Part shown: positions 13,471 through 26,807 of the stretch, one piece after another
Position numbering within the stretch: position 1 is the first letter of the stretch
How the letters are laid out: each line of letters starts with the position of its first letter
NCBI RefSeq assembly: GCF_006345805.1
Contig: NC_043008.1
Coordinates: 8,370,001 to 8,434,000, forward strand
Length of the DNA: 64,000 nt
DNA from: Octopus sinensis
Lineage: Eukaryota
Direction: 5' to 3'
Program-made: the position numbers and the translations under genes
The notes under the pieces: model-generated
Told to the model about the DNA's origin: nothing
The model's input: only the letters and a program-made list of their open reading frames with translations
Databases searched by the model: none

Positions 13471-14269
13471 CTAGATATATTGAGGAATGATATTAAATAA
13501 CTTTCCTTAATAGAAGTAAACCTAATGCGTGTTAACTTCTGCAACTTGCCAATCTATTGAATTATTAGCACCTACTAAAACTTTGCCTTAGCGTATTGAG
13601 AAACTCGCTTATATTAACACTGTGACATGACACCTGGATTCAGAAATTAAAATCCTAGATATGAGAGTGAGCATAACGTTTTCCAGATTAATGTCTACGA
13701 AGGAAAAATTCGATAGACTACCCACCATCATAAAAAGCAGGACATTCGAGGTACATGTTTCAAAGACGAGATTTCATAAAAACTCATGTGCCCACCAAGA
13801 AGCAACAATACTCAATGTTGAGGCAAGCTTGATGTTGTATATAAGTTAATTGATAAATATTTTCCTTCTCACACATTCACATGTATGAGAAGGAAAATGT
13901 TACTATACACGCGTTATATACACATATCAATATACACGCGCTCAAAATCAATCAATGTTAACAGAAAACAGAATACAGCTTGTCAACGCAATAGATACAC
14001 AAGAATTTTAAAAACAAAACAAACACTTTAGATGCCCCCAATATTCTTCTTTACACCTCCCACAAAAACACACAGGTGTACAGTACTATCCACCAGAACA
14101 TTCTCCTTCTGAGATAAGACCATAGAATGAAACAAGCACTCAAAATACACAAAGTAATTAAAAGCAAGCGACAATCGAAATCCCTCCAGAAACTGCTCAC
14201 CATTTCTAAAAATTGTGGCTGCCCTAACTGCGGGAACTGCGTCAACATGATTGAAGACAATAAATATAA

Positions 14270-14356
14270 ATTTTAATATAAATTTACTATAAAAAGTTAT
14301 ATAAATTTAAACATAAATTTACTATAAAAAGTTACATAAATTTAAATATAAATTTT
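14270..14356. repeat. AT-rich minisatellite, ~34-bp unit, about 2.5 copies
   Basis: taaatttactataaaaagtta(t/c)ataaatttaaa(c/t)a repeated in tandem. Confidence 0.8.
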
Positions 14357-15360
14357 TCCTTTAATTAAACAGGGCTACATTTATAAACACTATTTCTTGT
14401 ATATCTTCATACCCACCCCCGTTATCTTTGATAATTTTTATTATTACTAGACTAACATTCTGGCATCATTTACTTCCGTCTCTTTGTTGATTTATTCTTC
14501 AATTCATCTTATTTTTAATTTTTCCTTGAATTGTTTCTTTCTCTTCTCCATTTGTGATCTCAGCCTTTCTATTATTGATCTTGTGCTATTATTATTTTTA
14601 TTTATGTACATGTCCTTTTACTCCCTATGAGATATTTTCAAGTTTACGTTCTTCAATCATAGCACCGTTTTGTATCTAATCTTAAAAATATTCTTTATCC
14701 TAATTTATTGGCTTCAGTGATCATTTAAATTTATTTTTAGCTGAGTTGAAAAGCCAACTACATGTACTCTACGTAGCACTCTTTGCGTTTTTATACATTT
14801 GCTTATTTCTTCACTGCCCACTGGGTCAGCTTAAGTGTAAATACCGAACTGCCTTTCATTAGCCTATCATACTTCACCTTAGATGTTTATGTGTCTGTTA
14901 TCCTTATCTTTGATTTCATTGATTTTCCTCTATTGGTAATAAATTTTCAGTTTTCAGTAGATTCCTGCCTGTTAGATAGAGTTGCCTTGAAAACATTATT
15001 TTCGCATAAATTTGGGTTGTATTTAATTGCGCAATCAATCATTTGTGGAATTAAGGACCGATTTGTATAGTGATACATTTAAATATATTTACGTAACAGA
15101 AACACGTGTCAGCCTTTGTATGATGTAATCCTGAATTAAAGATGTGGTATCCTTAACTTGTTTTCAGAAACGTCTTATATTTCCTGTAAACTTGTGTCTT
15201 CACACATTGGATGTTCTATATGTGTAGTAGAAACTCGCTACTGAAAATTATATTCTTATTTTGTCTCTTAAATATTCATTGCATTAACACCACTGAAAAA
15301 AAACCTAACGTCCGAATCGTTAGCTGAAACAGTTTGTTTATACATAGCATGATTTACAGC

Positions 15361-15439
<79 letters not shown>

Positions 15440-18244
15440 ATATACCAAAGATTAAAGTAATTATATACGTCCATCAACTTCTAAGAACCTCGCAATTTTT
15501 AACAGTATGAACCGAAACCTACGTAGCAAATAATCAGTAAAAACGATGGCTTGCACGGACCATAGCGAAAACCCAAATCTCAGTGACTGAAAAAAAATGT
15601 TTGGAATACTAGTATACGTTGTATTCTAATAGGAAACATAATTACAATTACATAAACAGTTATCTGGAAACAGGAAATGTATTAAACAATGGTGTACAGA
15701 AATAACTGTACATGTTACATAACTATAGTAATTTTGTTTTGTTTAGGTGATCTTTTGTTTGGAAGTAATGTTTTACTTTCATTGCGATCGTCAACTCCAA
15801 CACAAAGTAATAACAAGTGAAAGAAATAGATCTAAAAATGGAAATGAATAAATAATATAGACGAGAGATTGCCGAAGTGAAGCAAATATAATGGAGACAG
15901 AAAATAGGTTTTCAATGAAACGAAACTAATTTGACATGATGTCCAGTACAACTGGCTTTGTGCCAGATACCTTCGTTGATTAATAGATGTTCCTAATTGT
16001 ACAACATACAAAAGAAAAATCAACATTAGCTGTTGGGTTGTTGGCATTCTCTATTCAGTGCTTTGTACAACATATATTGTCTTCATGTGGTTTTTATTTT
16101 GGTATCTTTTAAACTCCAAGTAATCTTGTTTTTGTCATTAGAACTAAACTGTAGAAGAAGTATATGCAACGAACCTGCTTCAATATGAAATGTTCTTCTC
16201 AGTAACTGAAATATATGTATATGTGTATACGTGTGTGTTAGTGTGTTTGTGCATGTGTGTGTATGTGTGTTTGCGTGTGTGTGTGTTAATGTGCGTGTGT
16301 GCGCGCGCTATTGAATATCCATTTTACAAAGATGTGTTTCTGAGTACGTAGAAACGAGTCATTAAGCTCTTCTGAGGTTCAGGCTTATATGGATGTATTT
16401 GTGCAAATGTGAATATTAGTCTCTCTCTCACTCTCTCTCTCTTTCTCTTTCTCTCTTGTTCTCTCTCTCTCTTACTCTCTTTTTTCTCTATCTCTCTGTA
16501 TATGTGTGTGTATATGTATGTTCGATCGAATATGCCCTTTATTTCTGGTGATGAAGTTTACTGATTTATTCCTCATGAATTTGATTAGTTGAGGTTGTTC
16601 TCTCCAACAAAAGTTTGGCCTTAACTCGAAATGCCATTAGGTTCAAAATCTAACATGTGAAATCCACTTTGAGGATGCTGGTACTTAAACCTGCCATAAT
16701 TTAGTTACCACCTGGAACACGGTTCTATTTTGGAGGTTGTCGCGTTCGAATCTCTCGCTTGTGGTAAAGGAAAATTAACTTGAAATGTGTTTCCGTCCAT
16801 GACCATTACAAACATTTTGTGTTGGACTCTTTATATATGTACTTGAAATAATGTCATTTCTTTTAGATTTCTCTTCAAGTACAAGCACTTCCATACACTT
16901 TGTATTTTCCGTAGACAAATGATTGCCAACAATATTTTCGAAAACAATTATTGTCTTAGAATCAGAAATTGTTTTCTCATAAAGCAGAAAATGTTGTTTT
17001 AAGAAGGTTTACAAACTGATTTCTTGATTGAGTGATCTTTCAGTGTAAATGCATCGCCCTAAAAGGTTACTGGTGTTATAGGGCCACTACAATAATGCAA
17101 CGCACTCCCTTCACGGGACACACCAATATTTTCATGCCACATCAGCCGGATTATTTTAAACTGTATCATGCAGCTTCATAGACCGGATTTTTGTACACTG
17201 TACATTTTGGGGATATTGTACGTCTCGATTTCATTTAATAAACCTGCCGTTGTCATCGAAGCAACCATCGCGATGTTAGTTATTAATAGTTTGTTTATTC
17301 TAGTACTGAATCAATGGAATTCAAAAGCACCAAAATTCCCCTTCACTCATCAGTGCCAAAGGGAAGACTTTCTGTGTTGCATTCAGCTTGACAGACGATG
17401 CAAGGTTGTAACATTCCTGGAGAAAACAAATATTTCAAGCATTTAGGAAATGGAATACAGAATAAATTTAGTCAGTTTGTTTTATTAGAGCAAACACACC
17501 GTATGAGAATAACTTTAGTAATTGCCCGGAGTAGTTGACTGTAATAAATGCAATTAACGTAACATTAGTTCCACACACGTTCATACTGCAACAACAATAT
17601 ATAGTTGTGTATATATAAAGCAAGAGAGAGAGTGTATGTGTCTGTGTCTGTGTGTGTGTGTGAATGTGTGCGTTATTGTGTATGTGTGTGATTGAATGTG
17701 AGAGAGTGAGTGAAGGAGGGACATTGATAGAAATTAGATTGAACGTGGTGGTGGTGGTTGTGGTGGTATCAGTCCCACTGGCAGAGACGCAGCTTAACCT
17801 GTACATGCAGCATCAGTATCGGGTGTATCCTATGCGGCAGCAATAAAAGTTGTTGCAAGAATAATAGAATCTACGTAGGTGGTAGCAGTAGTATTTTTGT
17901 AACTATATTTAGGAGTGGTTGGTATTATGTTATGACATTTGTTTCCCTGTTACATTTTGCAATCAAAAGTTGATATACGGGGAAGGACGTAACATTTAAC
18001 CTGCACGTGTCTGTATGTTCACTGAATCTTAATTGCATTCTAGTATTTAATTTGTGGTCTATGGAGAGTCACATGCTCCTTAGAGAACACACCAGTTTGC
18101 CTTATGTAGCTCTCTCCACATTCTTACAATTTATTTGCAAAAATTAGAATTTCAAATGAATAGATGATGTTACATTTTATTGAGAAGCACTGGTTTCGTT
18201 TAAGAGAGATTTAAAAATGTATTACAGTGGCATATTCAAGATTG

Positions 18245-19110
18245 TTATATATGTAAACATAGGGATTCGTGGTGCATAAAGGTAGTCGTGTTTACATTCG
18301 CTCCTATATTCCTGCTGGACGTCAGTCTGTGAGAAACGCTGGAAATGGTGAGACTATGTGATCTGTCAATTCCGGTGGCCATAGACGAGACGGTTATCAA
18401 CGATATAAACACTAATGATCTGAGGAGACAAGGAGAACAAAATCTTAGGCAGGGCGTGTACCTCAAGTCATTTAAAATATTTGATTAGAGTAAGGTGAAT
18501 TTGAGGTAATTAATTCATTCATTCATGTCTTACAGCCGCTTTTGAGATATATCAAGTGATAGGTTAGCATCTCCATACGCTGAGTATTCCGGACGTAAAC
18601 TTTCGCAGAAGTACGGAACAACCTCTATACCTTCTGTAAGAAGTTGAGCTATAAACTGTACTCCCTTGTCTGTATTCTTTTATTTAATGTTTTACACATT
18701 ATTCCTCTGTCTACTATTTTATTCCTTTATATAATGTGAATTCCTTGTCTAGAAATTTCATACATACCTTGTCTCTGATGACGGAATACCTAGTGTATAG
18801 AGATACTTACCTATCACTTAGTGTATCCCAGAAACGGGTGTAAGACATACAATAATGAATTAAATAATTAATTGATAGTTAATTACCTCAAATTAACTTT
18901 ACTTTAATTAAGTATTTTAAATGACTTGAGATACTCGTCCTGCCTTGGTTTTTGTTGTCCGTTTTCCTCTAATATATAGCAGCTAATTCGGAACCTTACT
19001 ACGGATCTCCCGCTCCAGCCGCAGCTGTAAGCTCGGAACCTAACGGACGACCAGATATAGCACTTACACAGCGTACCTATTCATTTAGATCATCAGTGAA
19101 TTATATCCGA
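18245..19110. mobile_element. Penelope-like terminal-repeat (pLTR) structure with inverted arms (about 18420-18592 and 18782-18970)
   Basis: Reverse complement of 18420-18592 (cggaatactcagcgtatggagatgctaacctatcactt...ctgtaagacat...ttacctcaaatt...gtattttaaatgacttgag) aligns with 18782-18970. The right arm carries a hammerhead motif. Inverted pLTRs with hammerheads are typical of Penelope-like elements. Outer boundaries are approximate. Confidence 0.65.
18770..18847 (+). ncRNA. type I hammerhead ribozyme motif (Penelope-associated)
   Basis: Stem I TGTCT(18770-74)/AGACA(18843-47); core CTGATGA(18775-81); 49-nt stem II hairpin (GGAATAC/GTATCC, CTAG/TTAG, GTGTATAG/CTATCAC); GAAAC(18831-35); short stem III; GTA cleavage triplet (18840-42). 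C.A mismatch at the base of stem II. Confidence 0.75.
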
Positions 19111-19254
19111 CATATTCTCTCCCATTATATATATATATATAATTTAATATACATCGTATTTAAATAGGAGCTACTATTCATTTCCATAAAATATCTGTAT
19201 ATATCTACACGCATTCACAAACACATACACACATATTAAAGAATACATATAAAT

Positions 19255-19480
<226 letters not shown>

Positions 19481-20244
19481 TATATGGATACATAAACATT
19501 CAAGAACATTTAAGAAAAGCAAGCTTTTCTCAGCAGGCATCTTTTATCAGATCCTATAACTTCTTAATCCTGAAACACGGCGAGAGACAACAAATGTGAA
19601 TGTGAGGTTTAGACGTACGGAAATTTGCACACACAAATAACGATGTATACAACCTTAAACAAACCCTAATCTCCTCTCCCCCTACCCCCCCCACACCTTT
19701 CACTCCTCTCTTTTGCTCCGACTTCAAAATTGCTTCCCACAATTTTATTACATTCTTTTGAATAAAGGCAATATATTCTTCGTATATTAATTTCTATTTG
19801 TGATATATTCATGTATAGATATAATCAGTCTTAATAAAGAGAGAAAATTTCAATATAAACAAATTTTTCTCACTGCTTTATATCGTTAGGCATTAATGAA
19901 AACTTGCTTAAAAGAGATGCTGGTGTGGAATCAATAATATATTCATATAGTTCAGCTGTTGTTGTTGTGCATCATTGCCGTTACATATGATGCTTTGACT
20001 CTAATCTATTAAACGTTTTTGCACTAATTAGAAAAAAAAAGTGTATTTACATTGATATTGAATTAAAATTGATGAATATATTGAACGTTTTAGTGAAAGG
20101 AAAATGACGGAATACCTAGGGTAAACTTTATTTTTCATTAACTTTTGATCTTTTATGAACCTCCTCACATTTAAATATTAATTAAAAATTGAACGAAATC
20201 GTTAAACCAAAAGGTTATTCGGAAAGTTCATCGGTCATCGCGAG

Positions 20245-20329
20245 GATGATGATGATAATAATAATAATAATAATAATAAGAAGAAGAAGAAGAAGAAGAA
20301 TAAAAAAATAATAATGGCGATAATAATAG

Positions 20330-20389
<60 letters not shown>

Positions 20390-20595
20390 TAATAATAATA
20401 ATAATGATAATAATAATAATAACAATAACGACGGTGACAACTACAATAACTACAACAATAATGATGACGAAGATACTCATCATCATCATCATCATCGTTA
20501 TGATGAGGCTGTAGTAGTAGTAGTAGTAGTAGTAGTAGCAGCAGCAGCAGTAGCAGTAGCAGCAGCAGAAGCAGCAGTAACCGTCGCAGCAGCAT
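20245..20595. repeat. compound trinucleotide microsatellite (GAT)(AAT)(GAA)(AAT)(CAT)(TAG)(GCA)
   Basis: Directly visible. Explains the poly-L/I/Y/M ORFs. Confidence 0.95.
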
Positions 20596-21249
20596 TTTTA
20601 TTTGGCGCGAAAGGTCTCATTAGTAAAAATACAAAAATGTATCAGGTCATGCTGGGACGTACACATAAAATAATTTAGATATGGAGCAGCTACTTAATAC
20701 AATATATTGAGACAGGTTCGAAACTCAATGGACAAGTCATAGAAGGGAACACCCACGTTAAATAATAAACCAGAGGCTGAGATATGACATGTCTCGGCCA
20801 ATTTCTAATACTATCTTTGCAAACTGGTGCCCTTGAGCATTTTCTGTGGTGTTCCAGCCGAGAAGATACGCACGGCCGTGTGGTACACGAGCTTCAACAT
20901 TTAAAATATTATTATAACCTTTTTAACATTAATTTATAACATCCGTATTATTCGCCCACTCAAGCTGAAAAGTATTTCTTTTGGTTTTCTAGGTTCTTCT
21001 GCAGTTTTAAAGATTATGCAATCCAAAAGGAAGATACATTATCGTGAGAGACTTACTGCCTGCACCTCCATTTATTTGATGTTCATTTTGTAATTCCTCT
21101 TTGATCTGCCTGCAACCTTCTTCAGACACTATTTTTTCCCATCTTTGATTGTGTTGCTATGATAAGGCGGCCGTAATTGCTACTGTCTTGTTTACGTCTG
21201 AATGTTCAATACTAAGTAGTACTTCACTCATGTTTTCCTCTCTGTGGGC

Positions 21250-22520
21250 CGACAACAAATATAAAATAACATTCTTGTTGTCAAGGAAACTGAAATCATT
21301 GGGTATAGACTTACCTCACTCGTGTTAAAATTGACGAAACAAATGTGTTCAGTAAAAGTCCAGTCATTTCTGCTTTCTTTATTTATGGTCGATTATCAAT
21401 CAGGGTTCAAGGAGTAGGTTTAGTAATATCTAAACATTAATACTACTAATGTTAATAATAGAATAATCAATAAAAATGTATTCTGAGATCGGCACAACTA
21501 CAACTGCTTTTGAGATGGGCCATATCTCTAGAAGTAATTGCTAGACTATATTTCGTCCCTGGAGAAATGACACAAAACGCTGACACTAGTAGGTTTTGAA
21601 ATCACAAGGAAAGAAAAAGGAATATAAGGTGCAAAGATTTTACAGCTGGTTTGCAGATGATAGTAAGTTGCCCGTATAAATGAGTTTTCATGTTGGCAAA
21701 AGACTCGCAATTTTCAAAGGAGGCATTAGGGAATACAAACGACCCAAGTACTTGGCTTGCATCTCAGTTTGTTCGCTCCAAAAACATGAAAGACATGCAT
21801 GTGTAATAAGATGGCAAAGATCCAGTACAAGTACCGTAAAGCGATTTTCCGACATTACAATGATTGCCTATGTAATAATAATAAAACGATTTCATTTGCA
21901 CGGAGCACAAATGTCACGCTGTCGAAAAGGTGTAAGAGAGTCCAGAAAACAGCCAAATTTTAAACAGAGAGATAAAGTAAGCTAACAGTGAAGGATGAAG
22001 GTGCTAAGAGCCTGCGCGTGCATACTCGGAGACATTGTGTTTTATAGGAGTCGCAGGATTTAGATTATGAAATAACTCGGTGTTGGACTAAAACTTAATG
22101 ATTGTTCAAAATTACTAGGCAAGTATAAGATACGGTGTCTACAGTTTGGCTAATATTCACGTCTCCCATGGCTACTATTAATATATGAGGTGGCATCGTT
22201 ACAGGTTCATTGCAATTTATTCACTCGCAAATGAATTGAGGTACCGCATTTAATGAACAGTTAAGTTCTTTCTCGTAAAAGGGGGCTGATTGAAATTACC
22301 ATTGATGTCAATTGTTGACCTTTACGAAGAAAGGAAGGCACAGCCATTGATGATGCTGGGAAAGTTGAAGGACTGAGAAATAAGATGTGAAACCCACCAG
22401 ATGTGAAAACGGCCTGCAAATTGAAAATGAAAGCAGAAACAGGGGACATCCTGACTTCGGTTAAATACCGTGACACGGTGGGTACCAAGTGAATTCATTG
22501 GAAGCGACTTGGTTGTGGCT
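21250..22520 (+). mobile_element. CR1/L2-like LINE RT remnant, very degenerate
   Basis: YRLTSLVLKLTKQMC...VDYQSGFKE (about 21305-21415) resembles NYRP.SLTS...K..E / ..QHGFRK. FADDSKL at 21650-21670 resembles the CR1 LFADDTKL motif. RNRGHP near 22435 resembles the CR1 3' TRGH motif. Many stops. Confidence 0.5.
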
Positions 22521-23779
22521 TAGTTCATTTCAGTCCATTCTCATGTTTGACACATATTAAACGCATGTTTGTTACTTGTAACAGGTTCAAGGCAGAGAGT
22601 AGAAAATTCCTTGGATTTAAAGCTCACAACAAAGACAGGTAACAAGTTAGGATTAAATATGGGAGTGGAGGACATCACAACTAACAATTTTTATTCGGTC
22701 ATCCAATAATATCTTCTAGAAATATCGTGAGATTCAAGGTGTTAAAGGGTGACGAATGCAGATGATTGTGAGTCCGACGCTCTAACAATTGAGCTATACA
22801 CCTTCATTTATGTCTGTGTATGTATGTATGTATGTATGTATGTATGTATGTATGTATGTATGTGTGCGCGCATGCGCTCTCTAGGATGTTTTGCATATAC
22901 CGAAAACTCTCAGAAGTCATTGTTCAGTACAAATACTCACCTAAGGTCTCTCGCTAAAGATCAAACTCGAAACCACGTGGTTGCATTTCGACCTTCTTAA
23001 CCACATAGCCATGCATACACTGCTGGCATTTTATTTATCAGAATAGTCTATTTGCATTTGTACAAACAATTTAGTAAAAAAAAAAAAAAACCATATTGGC
23101 ACGAATTACTTAGTAAAAACTCACTTATATTGACATGAATTGCTTAGTTAAATCTATTTGTAAAAGTAAATCCCATCGATTTCCATTGACCTCCCTTACA
23201 TTTACCTATATAACCCTTAGATATTCTATCTAAAGCAGTATCCTAATCATTACTTGCATATTAATAAGGACAAGAACCAGTTTTTATTTCGAAGATCATT
23301 CTGTATGTTAGCATTTGATTCAAATATTTAATGGAGATTTATTCGAATACACACATACCCCTCGAGAACATTATTCCATTAACGTCTTAACGTATTCTTT
23401 TGTGTTCCAGAATAAATAGAATTGCACACTTTCTATTCAATTCACACAAACACAAGATACACACACACACAGAGGCATATATATGCATATACATATATAT
23501 GTGTGTGTGCATTATAAATATATATGCAGATAGGGAGAGAGAGAAAAAGAGGGAGGTAAAGACAGAGAGAGAGAGAGAGAAAGGAAGGAGAGAAAGGAGG
23601 GCGAGATGGAAAGATAGACTGATAGATAGATATAGAGTGATTATAAATCAGTTTCTCTGAGCAAGCCAATGCATAAACATACACACATACACTCATACAC
23701 ACTTTCGCACACATCCACACACGCACACACATATATACATATATATGTATATATGTATATATATATATATGTATATGTA

Positions 23780-23825
<46 letters not shown>

Positions 23826-23919
23826 TATATATATGTATACAGAGAGAGGGAGAGAGAGAGAGAGAGAGAAGTTGATGGTTGTATGGTCTATTTATACTGG
23901 AAGTTTTCTTGTATTGAAG

Positions 23920-23999
23920 AGGCTACAAGAATTTGATGACTTTAGCACGCAGACAATGCTAGCGTCTCAACAAGCTGCACAGCAGCGGGGCATTCATGG
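23920..23999 (+). CDS. candidate exon RLQEFDDFSTQTMLASQQAAQQRGIH(G), product unknown
   Basis: GC-richer, coding-like island between microsatellites. ttttcttgtattgaag| acceptor and GG|GTAGGT donor. Frame also open from an ATG at 23875. No family recognised. Confidence 0.3.
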
Positions 24000-24052
24000 G
24001 TAGGTACATACGTATACACATAAATTCATATGTGTATATATTCTATATAATA

Positions 24053-24123
<71 letters not shown>

Positions 24124-24165
24124 TATAATATATATATATATATATACTTATACACACACATATAT

Positions 24166-24320
24166 GAGTGGCTGTGTGGCAAGTAGGTTGCTACCAACAG
24201 CAAGCTGCCGGTTTCAGTCCCACTGCGTGGCACTTTGGGCAAAGTCTTTACTATAGCCTCGAGCCGATCAAAGCTTTATCAGTGGATCTGGTACATGGAA
24301 ACTGAAAGAAGCCGGTCGTA
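24166..24320 (+). mobile_element. SINE family A, 5' fragment
   Basis: gagtggctgtgtggcaagtag...cagtcccactgcgtggcactttgggcaaagtc...gaaactgaaagaagcc. Confidence 0.85.
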
Positions 24321-24326
24321 TGTGTG

Positions 24327-24380
<54 letters not shown>

Positions 24381-25249
24381 TATTAAACGCAGGTGTTATT
24401 CAAATTCTTTTCTTTCCGACTCATGTTTCTAAGATCACTGTTATTATTCCAAAGGACGAAAATGTTGTAAAACAATGTAATCTTCTCTTCGGGGAAGTGA
24501 AGAAATGAAACTCATCAAGAAGACATTCTATCAGAGAATGATGGATATGTATACTTATTAAATGAACGCCATTAAGATTGTTTAAAAAAAAAACGCTACA
24601 GAATATAGAAGTATATAACTATATTTTTATTTAATTAAAACCATATAGACTTAGAAAAAGGTATATCTAGTGAATATATAGAACGATAGGCGGAGATGTA
24701 AATGTATAACTAAATAGGTATATATATATATATATACATATAATTAAATATGGTATATATATATATATATAATTAAATATGGTATGTATATATATATACC
24801 CTATTTTTCAGGACCATTCACGTTTGGTTTCACAAAAGACTGATTTAGTGAATAGTGAAAATGGATCTGTCTTCATTTTTGATATATATTACTTCATCTG
24901 TTCCATGGTTTGACCGAAATAGACCGGAATTTTGAAGAGAAAGACGAGACATGCCGTTCAGTGACATTTATATGTAATCCGAATTATGAAAGAACTGTAA
25001 CTAGCAAGGATAGATATGGGTATTGTAATTGATAAATATATGCTTATTAGAGAGTCTAACATTTTGAAAATACACCTTTATATGCTTATATATATAATAT
25101 ATTGTTGTAACTAAGTATATATGGAATTAGTGTACGCATATTCAGATATATCCATGTTCACACACACTGACACACACATATATGCACTTACATATGTTTA
25201 TACATATCTATATAGCTATATCTATTTTTTTTTATTATTATCAGCACAA

Positions 25250-25430
25250 AGTCAGCGATTTCAGGGTTATTGTGTTTAGTGGATTACATAGACCGCAGTA
25301 CTCAACTGGTACTTAATTAATCGACCCTGAAATGATAAGTGTAAAGTCAACCTCCGTGGGATTTGAACTCAGAACTTAAAAACAGCCGAAATACAGCTAA
25401 GTATCTTTCCCGGTGTACTAACAAAGATTC
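25250..25430 (-). mobile_element. SINE family B, diverged
   Basis: actggtacttaattaatcgaccctgaaat...aaagtcaacctccgtgggatttgaactcagaac is the reverse complement of the family B body. Confidence 0.8.
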
Positions 25431-25508
25431 TGCGTATCTAATGTCACCTGAAAATTAAATAAGTTGAAAAAATGCCACGTAATAAATTAGAATCTGGGAT
25501 TTCATTAC

Positions 25509-25573
<65 letters not shown>

Positions 25574-25908
25574 TACATATAGTTGAAATTTCCAGAAAAA
25601 CGAAAGAAGAAAAGAGGTGTATAAACAACAAGCAGGGGTAATAGTTTGACACATGTTTCTAGTCTACGCTCTTCAACAGAAAGAAACACGAGAGGGAATA
25701 ACAAAAAAAGTGGTGGAGTTAGCGGCCATTCAAAGTGACTATATGTATATACGTGGGGGGGAGGGGGTAAGAGATGAGAGTGTGTGAGTGGGTTTTTATG
25801 CATCTATACTCACATTATTTTAATAGATAAATACGATTTCACCATGACCAAATATTTATTTACCATACTCTATATACATACATACGCACACACAGCCACA
25901 CATATGTG

Positions 25909-26006
<98 letters not shown>

Positions 26007-26589
26007 CTGTGTGTGTGCGCACGCGCGTGTGTGTATGTATGTGTGCTTCACGTACTTTTAGAGGTAAACCGATTACAAACAGGTATTATATTTAAATATA
26101 CGTACACCTGACAACAGAAAATATATTATTTTCGATATGCCACATCTCATTGCTGCCAATATACTTGGGGAAATTATAGATATACTCTGGAGATGCATAC
26201 AAAATGAGTAAACAAACCGATAGTAACACTAAAACATTATTTTATAGCAAACGAGCAGCCAAGAAATAGTTGTGTGCAGAATAGTATATCAGATTTTGTT
26301 AAGTTTTTAGTAAGTGTTGCATTATAGGTTTTGTGTGTACGAATCGTTAAACACGGTACTTAGTTGCTGTTGAAATTTCAAAAACTGTCTTGAAATTACT
26401 GCTTATCCTATTTGGTCTTTTTTCCGTTAGTTTGCATATAAAATGAAGTTGCTTACGTTAGTGTATTACATAATGTAAAGAACACTAAATCATATACGCA
26501 TGTGTGCACATATATGTACATATTCATGTATATATATGTCTATACATACATATATATATAGAGAGAGAGATAGAGCGATAGATAGATAT

Positions 26590-26620
<31 letters not shown>

Positions 26621-26637
26621 TGCTGATGTGAATATAT

Positions 26638-26695
<58 letters not shown>

Positions 26696-26758
26696 CTATA
26701 TATATATATATATATATACATACATATATATTAATGTATATTATATATATATATATGC

Positions 26759-26807
<49 letters not shown>

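Noticed and set aside
21058-21400. Two minus-strand GTAAGT donors with short open frames
   Set aside because: They overlap a plus-strand CR1/L2-like remnant and have no supporting acceptor context; probably chance.
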